DNA of 63,924 nucleotides, counting the filler. It is 7 parts of 7 records of this genome, joined end to end, with 100 filler letters (N's around TTAATTAATTAA, not from the genome) between each part and the next. Parts side by side here need not be neighbours in the genome. Positions count along the whole stretch, not along the records: positions 26,699 to 35,589 come from DRR723986_8615; positions 35,690 to 45,155 come from DRR723986_8617; 5 more parts are not named here. One strand, 5' to 3'. A program made the position numbers and the translations under genes. The notes under the pieces were generated by a model that was not told the origin of the DNA, searched no databases, and saw nothing but the letters and a program-made list of their open reading frames with translations. The first letter of the stretch is position 1. Every line of letters begins with the position of its first letter. Of the stretch, positions 26,700 to 35,960 are shown one piece after another.

Positions 26700-27899
26700 G
26701 GCCAGCTGCGCCTCTTCGCGTCGCACATCCTCGAAGGTGCCTATCTGGATCGCCGCCACGACAAGGCCCTGCCGGACCGCCAGCCGCTGCCGCGCCCCGA
26801 CCTGAAGATGGTCCAGCGCCCCATCGGCCCGGTCGCCGTCTTCGGCGCGTCGAACTTCCCGCTGGCCTTCTCGACCGCCGGCGGCGACACCGCCTCGGCT
26901 CTCGCCGCGGGCTGCCCGGTCGTGGTCAAGGGCCACTCGGCCCACCCCGGCACCGGCGAGATCGTGGCCGAGGCCATCCATGCCGCCATCGAGACCTGCG
27001 GCCTGCCCAAGGGCGTCTTCTCGCTCATCCAGGGCGGCAAGCGCGACGTCGGCACGGCGCTGGTGCAGCACCCGCTCATCAAGGCCGTGGGCTTCACCGG
27101 CTCGCTGGGCGGCGGACGCGCGCTCTTCGACCTCTGCGCACAGCGCGACGAGCCGATCCCCTTCTTCGGCGAACTGGGCTCGGTCAACCCGATGTTCGTG
27201 CTCCCCGAGGCCGTCAAGGCCCGCGGCGCCGAGATCGGCAAGGGCTGGGCGGGCTCGCTCACCATGGGCGCCGGCCAGTTCTGCACCAACCCCGGCATCG
27301 CCGTGGTGCAGAAGGGTGCCGAGGGTGACGCCTTCGTCGCCGCCGCCGCCGAGGCGCTGAAGGACGCGCCCGCGCAGTGCATGCTGACAGATGGCATCGC
27401 GCAGGCCTACAAGGACGGCAAAAGCCGCTTCGACGGGCGCAACGCGGTCAAGCCGGTGCTGACCACCGACAGCGACGGCCGCAACGCCTCTCCGAACCTC
27501 TTCGAGACGGACGCCGAGAACTACCTGCAGGACCACGCCCTTGGCGAAGAGGTCTTCGGCCCGCTGGGTCTGGTGGTGCGCGTGAACGGCCCCGACGAGA
27601 TGGAGACGCTGGCCAAGGGCTTCGAAGGTCAGCTGACCGCAACCCTGCACATGGACGACGACGATCTGGGCCTCGCCCGGCGCCTGATGCCGGTGCTGGA
27701 ACGCAAGGCGGGCCGGATCCTCGTGAACGGCTTCCCGACCGGCGTCGAGGTGGCGAATTCCATGGTTCACGGCGGCCCCTACCCGGCCTCCACGAACTTC
27801 GGCGCGACCTCGGTGGGCACCATGGCCATCCGCCGCTTCCTGCGGCCGGTCTGCTACCAGAACTTCCCCGATGGGCTGCTGCCGGACGACCTCGCCTGA
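26700..27899 (+). CDS. NADP-dependent aldehyde dehydrogenase (alpha-ketoglutaric semialdehyde dehydrogenase type), 5'-truncated
   Basis: VFGASNFPLAFSTAGGDTASALAAGCPVVVKGH, GFTGS, GELGSVNP, GAGQFCTNPG and EEVFGP. Confidence 0.9.
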   Translation, partial: GQLRLFASHILEGAYLDRRHDKALPDRQPLPRPDLKMVQRPIGPVAVFGASNFPLAFSTAGGDTASALAAGCPVVVKGHSAHPGTGEIVAEAIHAAIETCGLPKGVFSLIQGGKRDVGTALVQHPLIKAVGFTGSLGGGRALFDLCAQRDEPIPFFGELGSVNPMFVLPEAVKARGAEIGKGWAGSLTMGAGQFCTNPGIAVVQKGAEGDAFVAAAAEALKDAPAQCMLTDGIAQAYKDGKSRFDGRNAVKPVLTTDSDGRNASPNLFETDAENYLQDHALGEEVFGPLGLVVRVNGPDEMETLAKGFEGQLTATLHMDDDDLGLARRLMPVLERKAGRILVNGFPTGVEVANSMVHGGPYPASTNFGATSVGTMAIRRFLRPVCYQNFPDGLLPDDLA

Positions 27900-27918
27900 G
27901 GCAGGCTTCGGTCCCCCC

Positions 27919-27978
27919 TTCTTTGGTCCGCCAAATACCTCGGGGGGCGGCGCAAGCCGCGGGGGCAGAGCCCCCTCC
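27919..27978 (-). repeat. Dispersed REP/MITE-like repeat, copy 2
   Basis: Reverse complement GGAGGGGGCTCTGCCCCC-GCGGCTTGCGCCGC-CCCCCGAGGTATTTGGCGGACCAAAGAA. Confidence 0.75.
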
Positions 27979-28008
27979 ACGACCGGAAAGCCACGACGGA
28001 ACAAACAG

Positions 28009-28038
28009 AACAGGGGGCGCATTCCCGCGCCCCCTGTT
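28009..28038. terminator. Probable bidirectional intrinsic terminator
   Basis: 12-bp perfect stem AACAGGGGGCGC/GCGCCCCCTGTT between convergent genes. Confidence 0.65.
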
Positions 28039-28063
28039 TCGATTCAACGCGATGAAATACAGC

Positions 28064-28747
28064 CTATTTGAATTTCAACGGCTCGTCGGAATCGAACAGG
28101 TAAGAGATATTCCAATTTTCCGCCTCCGCGAATCCGCGCGATGACAGCATGTCGATGATCCGCTTGTCGATCGTATCCACGAATCGGCCGAATTCCATTT
28201 CATCCCGGATCACCTTCGCCACATCCTGGGCGATCTGCACCCGCTGCTGCGCCAGCAATTCGCCGATCCAGTGGCGCGAGGCCTCGGCGAAGATCTTGGC
28301 CGAGGCGATCATCAGCTCGCGCAGCTTCTCCGCCGTCAGCGCCTCCTTGTCGAGGCAGTCCAGCGACCCCTTCTTCATCGAGGCCACCGCCACGTCCGTC
28401 CGCATCTCGGACGAGACCATGACGACCGCCGCGCCGAAATTCATCGGGTGGTTCTGCACCATCCGCTGGGCGTTCAACCCGTTGCCATCGGGCAGCTTGT
28501 AGTCGATCAGCACGAGATCGTAAGAGGCCTTGTCCAGCGCCTCGGCAAAGCTGGCGATGTCCTGCGCGGTCGTCGTATGGACCGGCAGCCCCGTCCTTTC
28601 GCATTCGCGCACGATTCGGCTCTGGTCGAAGCGGCTGTCGTCGAGGACGAGCACATCGAAGACGCCGCGCCGCTCGTGCGCGAAGGTGGCGGAAGTATAG
28701 GCCGCCTCCGACGCGGCGGCAGCATCCCGGTTCGGCGCATGTTCCAT
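28064..28747 (-). CDS. Response regulator: receiver domain plus a helical C-terminal extension of unknown function
   Basis: VLVLDDSRFD, YDLVLIDYKLPDGNGL, VVMVSS and GSLDCLDK. Confidence 0.85.
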   Translation of the reverse strand: MEHAPNRDAAAASEAAYTSATFAHERRGVFDVLVLDDSRFDQSRIVRECERTGLPVHTTTAQDIASFAEALDKASYDLVLIDYKLPDGNGLNAQRMVQNHPMNFGAAVVMVSSEMRTDVAVASMKKGSLDCLDKEALTAEKLRELMIASAKIFAEASRHWIGELLAQQRVQIAQDVAKVIRDEMEFGRFVDTIDKRIIDMLSSRGFAEAENWNISYLFDSDEPLKFK

Positions 28748-28927
28748 CTGGGCACCCCTGTTCCAATTCCCCGGGAAAGAATACGGTTTTGTCAAACGAC
28801 AATCCACGACTCACTCCCCTCCATTCTAGGCGATTTTTAATAGAATGCCCGAAGCACCGAATTTGCCGGAATCGGGCTTATGCGCTATGCCACGGCGAAC
28901 GACAGAACAGACAATCGGGGTCGGGCG

Positions 28928-29632
28928 ATGGCGGTCATTTCGGAACGGGAACGCGAATATGAAGAGTTCCTTTACTGCATCACCCATGACCTCAAAAGCT
29001 TTTCCCGGGCCATGCGCGTCATCCCCGACTGGATCGTCGAGGATCTGAGGGCCGCGAAGATCGAGATCCCCGAGGGTGTCGGCGACCATATGGAGATGTT
29101 GCGATCCTACGCCGGCGGCATGGACCGGATGCTCGAAAGCCTGACCACGCTCAGCCGGGTCGGGCGGCTGGCCGACGTGCCGGAAGACCATGCGCTGAAC
29201 GCCCTGCTGGGCGCCTGCTGGTCCTCGCTCGACACCGACGGGGCCACCCTGTCGATGCCGCAGCACGCCTTCACCGTGCACGGGCCGCACAACGACCTGA
29301 GGCAGCTTTTCACCGCGCTCCTGTCGAACAGCGTGGCCCATAACACGAACCCCGCGCCGGATGTGGGCGTCACCGCCGTGCAGGATGGCGACCGCGTCCA
29401 GATCCGCGTCGCCGACAACGGCCCGGGGATCGAGGCGGAGTTCCGGCAGAAGGTCTTCGAGCCTCTGCACACCCTGCGCCCGAAGGATGAGACCGGGCAC
29501 GCGGGCATGGGGCTGGCCATCGCCCGCAAGGTGGTGAAGAATCTCGGCGGAGAGATCCACCTCGAGGAACCCAGCGCCGGGCACGGCTGCCGCGTCGTCT
29601 TCGACCTGCCCGGGGCCCGCGGCACCGCCTGA
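28928..29632 (+). CDS. Sensorless cytoplasmic histidine kinase (HisKA + HATPase only)
   Basis: H-box FLYCITHDLKS, LLSNSVAH, VADNGPGI, FEPLHTL and GMGLAIARKVV. An alternative start at 28880 is possible. Confidence 0.85.
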   Translation: MAVISEREREYEEFLYCITHDLKSFSRAMRVIPDWIVEDLRAAKIEIPEGVGDHMEMLRSYAGGMDRMLESLTTLSRVGRLADVPEDHALNALLGACWSSLDTDGATLSMPQHAFTVHGPHNDLRQLFTALLSNSVAHNTNPAPDVGVTAVQDGDRVQIRVADNGPGIEAEFRQKVFEPLHTLRPKDETGHAGMGLAIARKVVKNLGGEIHLEEPSAGHGCRVVFDLPGARGTA

Positions 29633-30071
29633 CCCCCTCGCTGCCGCGTTGATACGGTCGGCATGTCGAGTGGGGCACCAAAAGCCCGTCTCGAAAGCTG
29701 CCACCATCCCGGGATCGGCCGAACGCCCCTCAACCTTCGCGCCCCGCCCCACGGCGACGCGAATGACCTGGGGCGCCCCTCCGTCCTGCCATGTGGCGAC
29801 GCGGACCCCACCCGTACACGCTCCGGACGCCTTCAAGCCTCCCCAAGGCTGGGGATGCCGCCCGGTCGCGGTCGCGCCGCACCAACCCTTCCCCAAGGCA
29901 ACACGCGATGCCGCCCGGCACGGTCGAGACGCCACCAGCCCTGCCAAAGCTCACCGCTCGCACGGGTGAAACCTGCCCCCCCCGCACCGCCGCTTCAGGT
30001 CCCGCGCGCCTCGTTTGCGGGGCCGCCCTGCCGCGTCTCGTCGGTCAAACCGCGCAGCCCGCCCTGGCGAC

Positions 30072-30153
30072 GCGGTCCGCCGCATGGCTGCCCACCCCGG
30101 CAGAGCGGTCCGTCGCATGGCCCCCGCCGCGGCGGCGCGGTCCGCCGCATGGG
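30072..30153 (+). repeat. Three short direct repeats GCGGTCCGYCGCATGG
   Basis: Copies start at 30072, 30105 and 30137 (period 33/32 bp). Confidence 0.6.
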
Positions 30154-30201
30154 CCCCGCCCCGTCGATCCGCCCCCTCCGGGCTGCGCGACGCCCCGTCC
30201 C

Positions 30202-30600
30202 TCAGGCCGCCCTCTGCCGGAGCAGGGCGTCGATCCGTTCCAGATGCTCTGGCCGCAGAGGCTTGTTGATGTAATCGCGCACGACCTGATACTGCCCCGC
30301 CCGCCGTTGATCCTGCTCCGACATCGAGGTCGTCAGCATGATCACCGCCGCCTTGGCGAAATCGGTCCCGAACCGGGCGGTGGCCGCGTCGAGGAACTCG
30401 AACCCGTTCATCCGGGGCATGTTGATGTCCAGCAGGATGACGTCGATCGGCGGACAGTCGGGCGCGGCGAGAAAGGCCAGCGCATCCTCCGCCATGACGA
30501 AGCTGTGGATCTGCCCGACAAGCTTCGAGCGGCTGACGATCCGGGCATACAGTTTCTGGTCGAGCGCATTGTCGTCGACGATCATCAGGGTGTCTATCAT
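30202..30600 (-). CDS. Single-domain response regulator (Rcp1-like)
   Basis: LMIVDDN, ILLDINMPRMNGFEFL, IMLTTS and YINKPL. Confidence 0.9.
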   Translation of the reverse strand: MIDTLMIVDDNALDQKLYARIVSRSKLVGQIHSFVMAEDALAFLAAPDCPPIDVILLDINMPRMNGFEFLDAATARFGTDFAKAAVIMLTTSMSEQDQRRAGQYQVVRDYINKPLRPEHLERIDALLRQRAA

Positions 30601-33248
30601 GTCAGGTCCTTTCCAAAGGTGACGGTGAAGGTGGCCCCCTCGCCAAGGGCAGAGGTCACGGCGATCCGGCCGCCATGGGCCAGAGCGATGCGGTGGCAGA
30701 TCGGCAGACCCAGGCCGTTGCCGGGGTAGAGGGCGGCGGGATGCAGCTTCTGGAACAGTTGAAAGACCCGCTCGTGATAGGCCGGGTCGATGCCGATGCC
30801 ATTGTCCCGCACGGTGAACCCCGCGCCATCCTCGCCGTCGAATCCCGCCAGCGCCACCTGCAGCGGACGCTCGGGCGCGCGGAATTTCAGCGCGTTCTCC
30901 AGCAGGTTGCTTAGAAGTTGCCGTAATTGCAGGCTCCGCCCGTCGACGCGCGGCAGGCCATCGACCGCGACCGTCGCCCCGGCGGCCCGCAGGCGCGGCT
31001 GCATCTGCTGCACAAGCTCTTCGGCCATGGCCTGCAGATCGCAGGGCGCGACGGGCGCCTCCGTCACGATGACATCGGTGTAAAGCCGCACGTCGTCGAT
31101 CAGCCCGGCCATGCCCCGCAGGGTGGTGCGCAGGTCGGTCAGAAGGTCGCGCCGATCCTCGCCGGGACCGGTCCGCTCCTCCTCCAGCAGGAGGTCGGCC
31201 AGCATGATGGCAGAGTTCAGCGGCGACTTCAGGTCGTGCGAGGTGGCGTAGGCAAAGGCCCGCAATTCCTCGTTGACGGCGGTGGACAGGCGCACCTTGT
31301 CGGCCAGCGCGCGGTTCAGCCCCTCGATCTGGCGCAGGCGCGCGCGCTCTTCGGTAACGTCCTGCCGGACGATCAACGTCTCCCCCCGGCTCAACTTCCG
31401 GGCAGAGCGCACGAAGCTGCCGCCGTCGGCCATGCGGAACTCCTGCCGGAAGCCGTCCTTCAGACCCTCCACCGCCAGCAGGTGCAACATCTCGTCGGGC
31501 GTGCGCCCCTCGAGGTCGAAGACCCCGCCGTCGACGAGGCGCTTCATGACGGTGGGATAATGGGCGCCGGGCCGCATGGTCCTTGCGCCGTCCGGCGTGG
31601 CGGCGAGGATCCCTTCGTTGACATAGGTGACGGTGTCGTCGGCCCCGATCAGCAAAAGCCCCACGGGCATCGAGCCGATCAGGTCGGCGGCGATACTGCG
31701 CCGCGCCTCGGCGACGGAGCGGCGGTAATCCTGCCAGATCACCCCCGCCGCCAGCATGGCGATCACGGTGCAGAGCGCCACCACCAGCAGCCGCAGGCGT
31801 TCCGGGGTCCAGAGCGGCGGCGGCTCGAACCAGCGCGCCTGCAACGACTGGTAGCGGGGAGAGGCCAGATAGGCCGGGACCACCGCGTCGAGCCGCGCGC
31901 GCACCGGCTCCAGCCCCGGGCGCAGGGCGATCCCCATTGCCCAGACGGGGTCGGGCGCGGCCGCGACCGCGAAGGCAGAGGCATCCTCCGCCCCCGCCAG
32001 CAGCTCCGCGACAGCGGCCTCGGGGACAAGCGCCGCGTCGAGGCGCCCGGCCCGCAGTGCCTGCAGCAGCGCCGGGCCGTCGGCGTAGGACAGCACCTCC
32101 GCCGCCGCCTGCTCCGCCGCGAGCGCGGGCCGGTCATGATGCGGCAGCACGCCAAGGCGCCGCACCGGCGCCCCCTCCTCCCCGGCGCGTGTGATGCGCC
32201 GCTGCGGCACCTGCGCCACGGCCCGGGTCATCAGGATCCGCCCCTCTTCCGCCGCGGTCAGGGGCAGCAGCCCCGTCATGTCGGCCTCCACCGCATCGGG
32301 CCAATACGCAAGGTTGCCCGCCAGCGCAGGCCGAAAGCGCAGCCGCAGCCCGGCCCGCGCCGACAGGTCGTAGATCACGTCGGCGGCGAAGCCCGACAGG
32401 GTGCCGTCCTCGTGCACGATGCTGTAGGGCGGGTGGTGGGGCAGCGCCACGATCAGCGGCGCCCCGGGCTCCGGCGGCGGGTCCACGCCCCATCTGTCGC
32501 GCAGCGCGCCCAGCGTGCCGTCCGCCTCCAGCGTGTCGAGCGCGGCGTCGATCACCGGCCGCAGGTCGGTCAACCCGACCCGCAGGCTGACCACCCGCGA
32601 GACCCGCGTCAGCACCGGGCCGACGGGCCGGATCAGCCCCTCCTGCCCCGCCGCCTCGACGCTGCGCAGCACGGTATCCGCCGGTCCGACAATGCCCTGC
32701 ACCCGGTTCAGCAGCAGCGCGCCGATCGCACCCGACACCGTGTCGTGGGGCACCAGCCGGTTGCGTTGCAGCAGCGGGCCCAGATCCTCGGCGGCAAGCC
32801 CGCCGATCACCGCCAGCGACAGCCCGCTGGCGGTCCGGGCGTCGAAGCGCCGGGCCGTCTCGGCATGGGTGAACAGCCGCACCGGCGTCTGCCCCACCGG
32901 CGCCGACAGCAGGGTGCCTTCTTTCAGAACCGGCAGCGCGGCGATCCCCGCCAGCATGTCGATCCGCCCCGCGTGCATGTCCGCCAGCAGCAGGCGGCCC
33001 TCGTCGTAGCGGTGGAACGTGACCTCCCGCCCGGCGCGGTCTCCGATCTCGCGCGCGAGTTCGTTCATGAAGCCGGTCGGCGCGGCGCCCTCGCCCTGCC
33101 CCGGCTCCATCAGGGCCGGCAGCGGCACCCAGCCAACGCGGATCGGCGCGCGGCCCGTATCCGATTCGCCGCCCGAGGGCAGCAATGTCGCAAATGCCAG
33201 CAGCCCCGCCGCCAGCAGCCGGAGTCCGCGGCGCCATCCGTCCGCCAT
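30597..33248 (-). CDS. Membrane sensor histidine kinase with two periplasmic amino-acid-binding (SBP family 3) domains and a PAS domain
   Basis: Signal/TM; two PBP folds (GFMNELAREI and HPPYSIV..GFAADVI); TM; PAS; FAYATSHDLKSPL, NLLENALKF, VRDNGIGID and GLGLPIC. Confidence 0.87.
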   Translation of the reverse strand: MADGWRRGLRLLAAGLLAFATLLPSGGESDTGRAPIRVGWVPLPALMEPGQGEGAAPTGFMNELAREIGDRAGREVTFHRYDEGRLLLADMHAGRIDMLAGIAALPVLKEGTLLSAPVGQTPVRLFTHAETARRFDARTASGLSLAVIGGLAAEDLGPLLQRNRLVPHDTVSGAIGALLLNRVQGIVGPADTVLRSVEAAGQEGLIRPVGPVLTRVSRVVSLRVGLTDLRPVIDAALDTLEADGTLGALRDRWGVDPPPEPGAPLIVALPHHPPYSIVHEDGTLSGFAADVIYDLSARAGLRLRFRPALAGNLAYWPDAVEADMTGLLPLTAAEEGRILMTRAVAQVPQRRITRAGEEGAPVRRLGVLPHHDRPALAAEQAAAEVLSYADGPALLQALRAGRLDAALVPEAAVAELLAGAEDASAFAVAAAPDPVWAMGIALRPGLEPVRARLDAVVPAYLASPRYQSLQARWFEPPPLWTPERLRLLVVALCTVIAMLAAGVIWQDYRRSVAEARRSIAADLIGSMPVGLLLIGADDTVTYVNEGILAATPDGARTMRPGAHYPTVMKRLVDGGVFDLEGRTPDEMLHLLAVEGLKDGFRQEFRMADGGSFVRSARKLSRGETLIVRQDVTEERARLRQIEGLNRALADKVRLSTAVNEELRAFAYATSHDLKSPLNSAIMLADLLLEEERTGPGEDRRDLLTDLRTTLRGMAGLIDDVRLYTDVIVTEAPVAPCDLQAMAEELVQQMQPRLRAAGATVAVDGLPRVDGRSLQLRQLLSNLLENALKFRAPERPLQVALAGFDGEDGAGFTVRDNGIGIDPAYHERVFQLFQKLHPAALYPGNGLGLPICHRIALAHGGRIAVTSALGEGATFTVTFGKDLT

Positions 33249-33393
33249 GCGCGTCCCCCTTTGGCCCACCCGTTCACCCTTGCGTCACAACCGTTGATAC
33301 GGCGTTAAATCCTGCGATCACAAAGGGTTGTTCGATCAACTTGTATGCAGTTCCCGGGCCCTCCGGACATTTGCGTTGATTTCGCAAGGTTGT

Positions 33394-33407
33394 TTGATAT
33401 CCATCAA
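33394..33407. promoter_or_regulatory. FNR-consensus palindrome upstream of dctP
   Basis: TTGAT-ATCC-ATCAA is a perfect TTGAT-N4-ATCAA. Confidence 0.45.
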
Positions 33408-33451
33408 TCCAGAGGGGACCGGTCCAATCCGCCCCCCAGGGAGGAAACATC

Positions 33452-34471
33452 ATGAACAGAACATCCGTCGCGCTTGGCGCGATCCTTGCCGTCTGCGCAC
33501 CGCTCAGCCTTGCGGCCCAGGAGGTCACGCTGCGCCTGTCGCATTGGGTGCCACCCAGCATCTCGCCCGCCACCAAGGGCATCGAGCCATGGGCCAAGGC
33601 CGTCGAAGAGGCCTCGGACGGGCGCATCGGCGTGCAGATCTTCCCGGCGCAGCAGCTGGGCAAGGCCCCCGACCACTACGACATGGTCGCGCAGGGCATC
33701 GTCGACCTCGCATGGGTCAACCCCGGCTACACCGCTGGCCGCTTCCCGATCTACGGGCTGACGCAGGTGCCCTTCCTCGTCTCCGACAGCATCGAGGGCG
33801 CCAAGGCGATCCACGAATGGTACATGGCCAACGGCGCCGCGCAGGAGATGGGCGACGTCAAGCCCTGCTTCTTCCACCCCCACGCGCCGGGCGCCTTCCA
33901 CTCCAAGGTCGACGTGACGAAGCCCGAGGACGTGAAGGGCATGAACGTGCGCCCCGCGCATCAGGGCATCGCGCGCCTCGTCTCGCTGCTGGGCGGCGGC
34001 GCGGTGCAGGTTCCGGCGCCCGAGGCCCGCGAGGCGCTGGCCAAGGGCACCGCAGAGGCGGTCACCTTCCCCTGGGGCGCCATGTATGACTTCAACCTGA
34101 CCGAAGAGGTGCCGGTGCACCTCGACATGCCCTTCTACATGTCGGCGCAGGTGATGATCATGAACCAGGGCAGCTACGACAAGCTCTCGGACGAGAACAA
34201 GGCCGTCATCGACGCGCATTGCTCGCCCGAATGGTCCGGCAAGGTCGCCGCGGGCTGGCACGAGGACGACATGGCCGCCAAGGAACAGCTCATGGCGGAC
34301 GAGAACCAGAAGTTCAACGTCCCGACCGAGGAAGAGGTCGCCGCATGGATCGCCGCCTCCGCGCCGCTGACCGAAGAGTGGAAGGCCGAGGTCTCCGGCA
34401 AGGGCCATGACGCCGACGCCATCCTTCAGGCCTACAAGGACGCGCTCGAGGCGCACGGCGCAGCCTACTGA
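33452..34471 (+). CDS. dctP: TRAP transporter substrate-binding protein (DctP family)
   Basis: Signal peptide, LRLSHWVP, IFPAQQLG, PGYTAGRFP and DVKGMNVR. Confidence 0.9.
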   Translation: MNRTSVALGAILAVCAPLSLAAQEVTLRLSHWVPPSISPATKGIEPWAKAVEEASDGRIGVQIFPAQQLGKAPDHYDMVAQGIVDLAWVNPGYTAGRFPIYGLTQVPFLVSDSIEGAKAIHEWYMANGAAQEMGDVKPCFFHPHAPGAFHSKVDVTKPEDVKGMNVRPAHQGIARLVSLLGGGAVQVPAPEAREALAKGTAEAVTFPWGAMYDFNLTEEVPVHLDMPFYMSAQVMIMNQGSYDKLSDENKAVIDAHCSPEWSGKVAAGWHEDDMAAKEQLMADENQKFNVPTEEEVAAWIAASAPLTEEWKAEVSGKGHDADAILQAYKDALEAHGAAY

Positions 34472-34684
34472 CGGACCGGCGCCGGGCAACCCCCGGCGCC
34501 CCCTGTCCGCCAGGCCGGGCCGCCTCTCCGGAGGGGAACGCCGCCGGGGCGTGTGGCCCCCACCCTCGGGGCCGCGCCGACCGTCGCCCCCGGGGCGCAA
34601 GGCCGGACCAAGACGGGACCGCCCTCCCCCATACCGACCGGCGCGCGGGACCGCCCCGCGCGCCGCCATCACCGGAGACCCGCC

Positions 34685-35230
34685 ATGCAAAACGACCCCT
34701 CCGAAACCGGCGCGGTGCGCCACGCCGTGACCCTGATCGAACGCATCGCCGGCGCCGTGCTGGGCCTCGTGACGGTGCTGATCGTGGCCTCCGCCGTGGG
34801 GCGCTACGGCTTTGCCCGCCCCCTGCCCGACGCCTTCGACCTGTCGCGGCTGGTGCTCGGCGTGGCCATCGCATGGGGCTTCGCCTCGGTGGCCTGGCAT
34901 GGCACCCACATCAAGGTCGACCTGCTGGCGCAGGCCGTGGGCCCCGGCCCCCGGCGCTGGATCAATGCGGTCGCCTGGACGGTCCTTCTGGCCTTCACCG
35001 CGCTCCTCGTCTGGAAGATCGGCGCACGCGTCTCGGCGGCCTTCTCGGGTGGGGACGCCACGATGGACCTGCGCCTGCCGCACTGGCCCTTCCTCGCCGC
35101 GATCTGGCTGGGGCTGGTGGCGGCGCTCTTCGCCACCGCGCTGCGCCTGTGGCGGATCCTCCGGCATGGCGGCGACCTCGGCGAGTTCGACGGCATCGAC
35201 GCCCAACTCCTGCAGGAGCAGAGGAAATGA
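34685..35230 (+). CDS. dctQ: TRAP transporter small permease (DctQ)
   Basis: Four TM helices, GRYGFARPLP, HIKVDL and TMDLRLP. Confidence 0.85.
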   Translation: MQNDPSETGAVRHAVTLIERIAGAVLGLVTVLIVASAVGRYGFARPLPDAFDLSRLVLGVAIAWGFASVAWHGTHIKVDLLAQAVGPGPRRWINAVAWTVLLAFTALLVWKIGARVSAAFSGGDATMDLRLPHWPFLAAIWLGLVAALFATALRLWRILRHGGDLGEFDGIDAQLLQEQRK

Positions 35231-35561
35231 CGCTCCGGACGACCCGGCCCCGCGCGACCCCGCGCCCGCCCATCGCCCGCGGCACCGGCACCGCCCGCGG
35301 CACTGGCCCCGCCCGCAACCAGCCATCCCCCCGCAAAATCCTGCGCGGCACCGACCCGACAGCCGCCCATGCCGGCCTGCCCGCGCAGGACCAGCCTGCC
35401 GCGCCGCGCCCCTGCCACGCCACACACAGGCCCGCGCCGCCCCCGGCCCCAGCCCAAGACGCTCCGGTTTCCTTCCGTCCGAACATATCCCGTGGCGCGG
35501 AACCCCCGCACGCCCCCTGCATCCGGCACCACCCCCGGCCATCCGCCACGGCGCGCCCGTC

Positions 35562-35589
35562 TTCTTCTGTCCCGAAATATCCCGGGGGG
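35562..35589 (-). repeat. Dispersed REP/MITE-like repeat, partial copy 3 (at contig end)
   Basis: Reverse complement CCCCCCGGGATATTTCGGGACAGAAGAA is nearly identical to the end of copy 1. Confidence 0.7.
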
Positions 35590-35689
35590 NNNNNNNNNNN
35601 NNNNNNNNNNNNNNNNNNNNNNNNNNNNNNNNNTTAATTAATTAANNNNNNNNNNNNNNNNNNNNNNNNNNNNNNNNNNNNNNNNNNNN
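35590..35689. other. Artificial contig linker
   Basis: N44-TTAATTAATTAA-N44. Confidence 0.99.
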
Positions 35690-35690
35690 C

Positions 35691-35894
35691 ATTGTGACCG
35701 CCGCCGCCGAAGACCCGCCCGGGCCGCTCTTGGCGCAGCTGAAAATCGGCGGTATCATGGTGGTGCCGGTGGGCCAGTCGGATACAGTGCAGACGTTGAT
35801 ACGGGTGCGTCGACACGAAACTGGTTTTGAATACGACGAAATCCGGCCCGTCCGATTTGTCCCTTTGCTTGAAGGCTTGGGTAAGGACGGCTAA
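35691..35894 (+). CDS. pcm: Protein-L-isoaspartate O-methyltransferase, 3' part
   Basis: [34 protein letters not shown]; directly upstream of nlpD. Confidence 0.88.
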   Translation: MVTAAAEDPPGPLLAQLKIGGIMVVPVGQSDTVQTLIRVRRHETGFEYDEIRPVRFVPLLEGLGKDG

Positions 35895-35960
35895 AGGCCT
35901 ATTTGTGCCGCATGAAATGCCAAGCCTCCGGATAACAGGGGGCGCTTTGAGGATTGTGAG

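Noticed and set aside
30072-30153. CRISPR array
   Set aside because: Repeats of 16 bp and spacers of about 16 bp are too short, there are only three units, and no cas genes are present.
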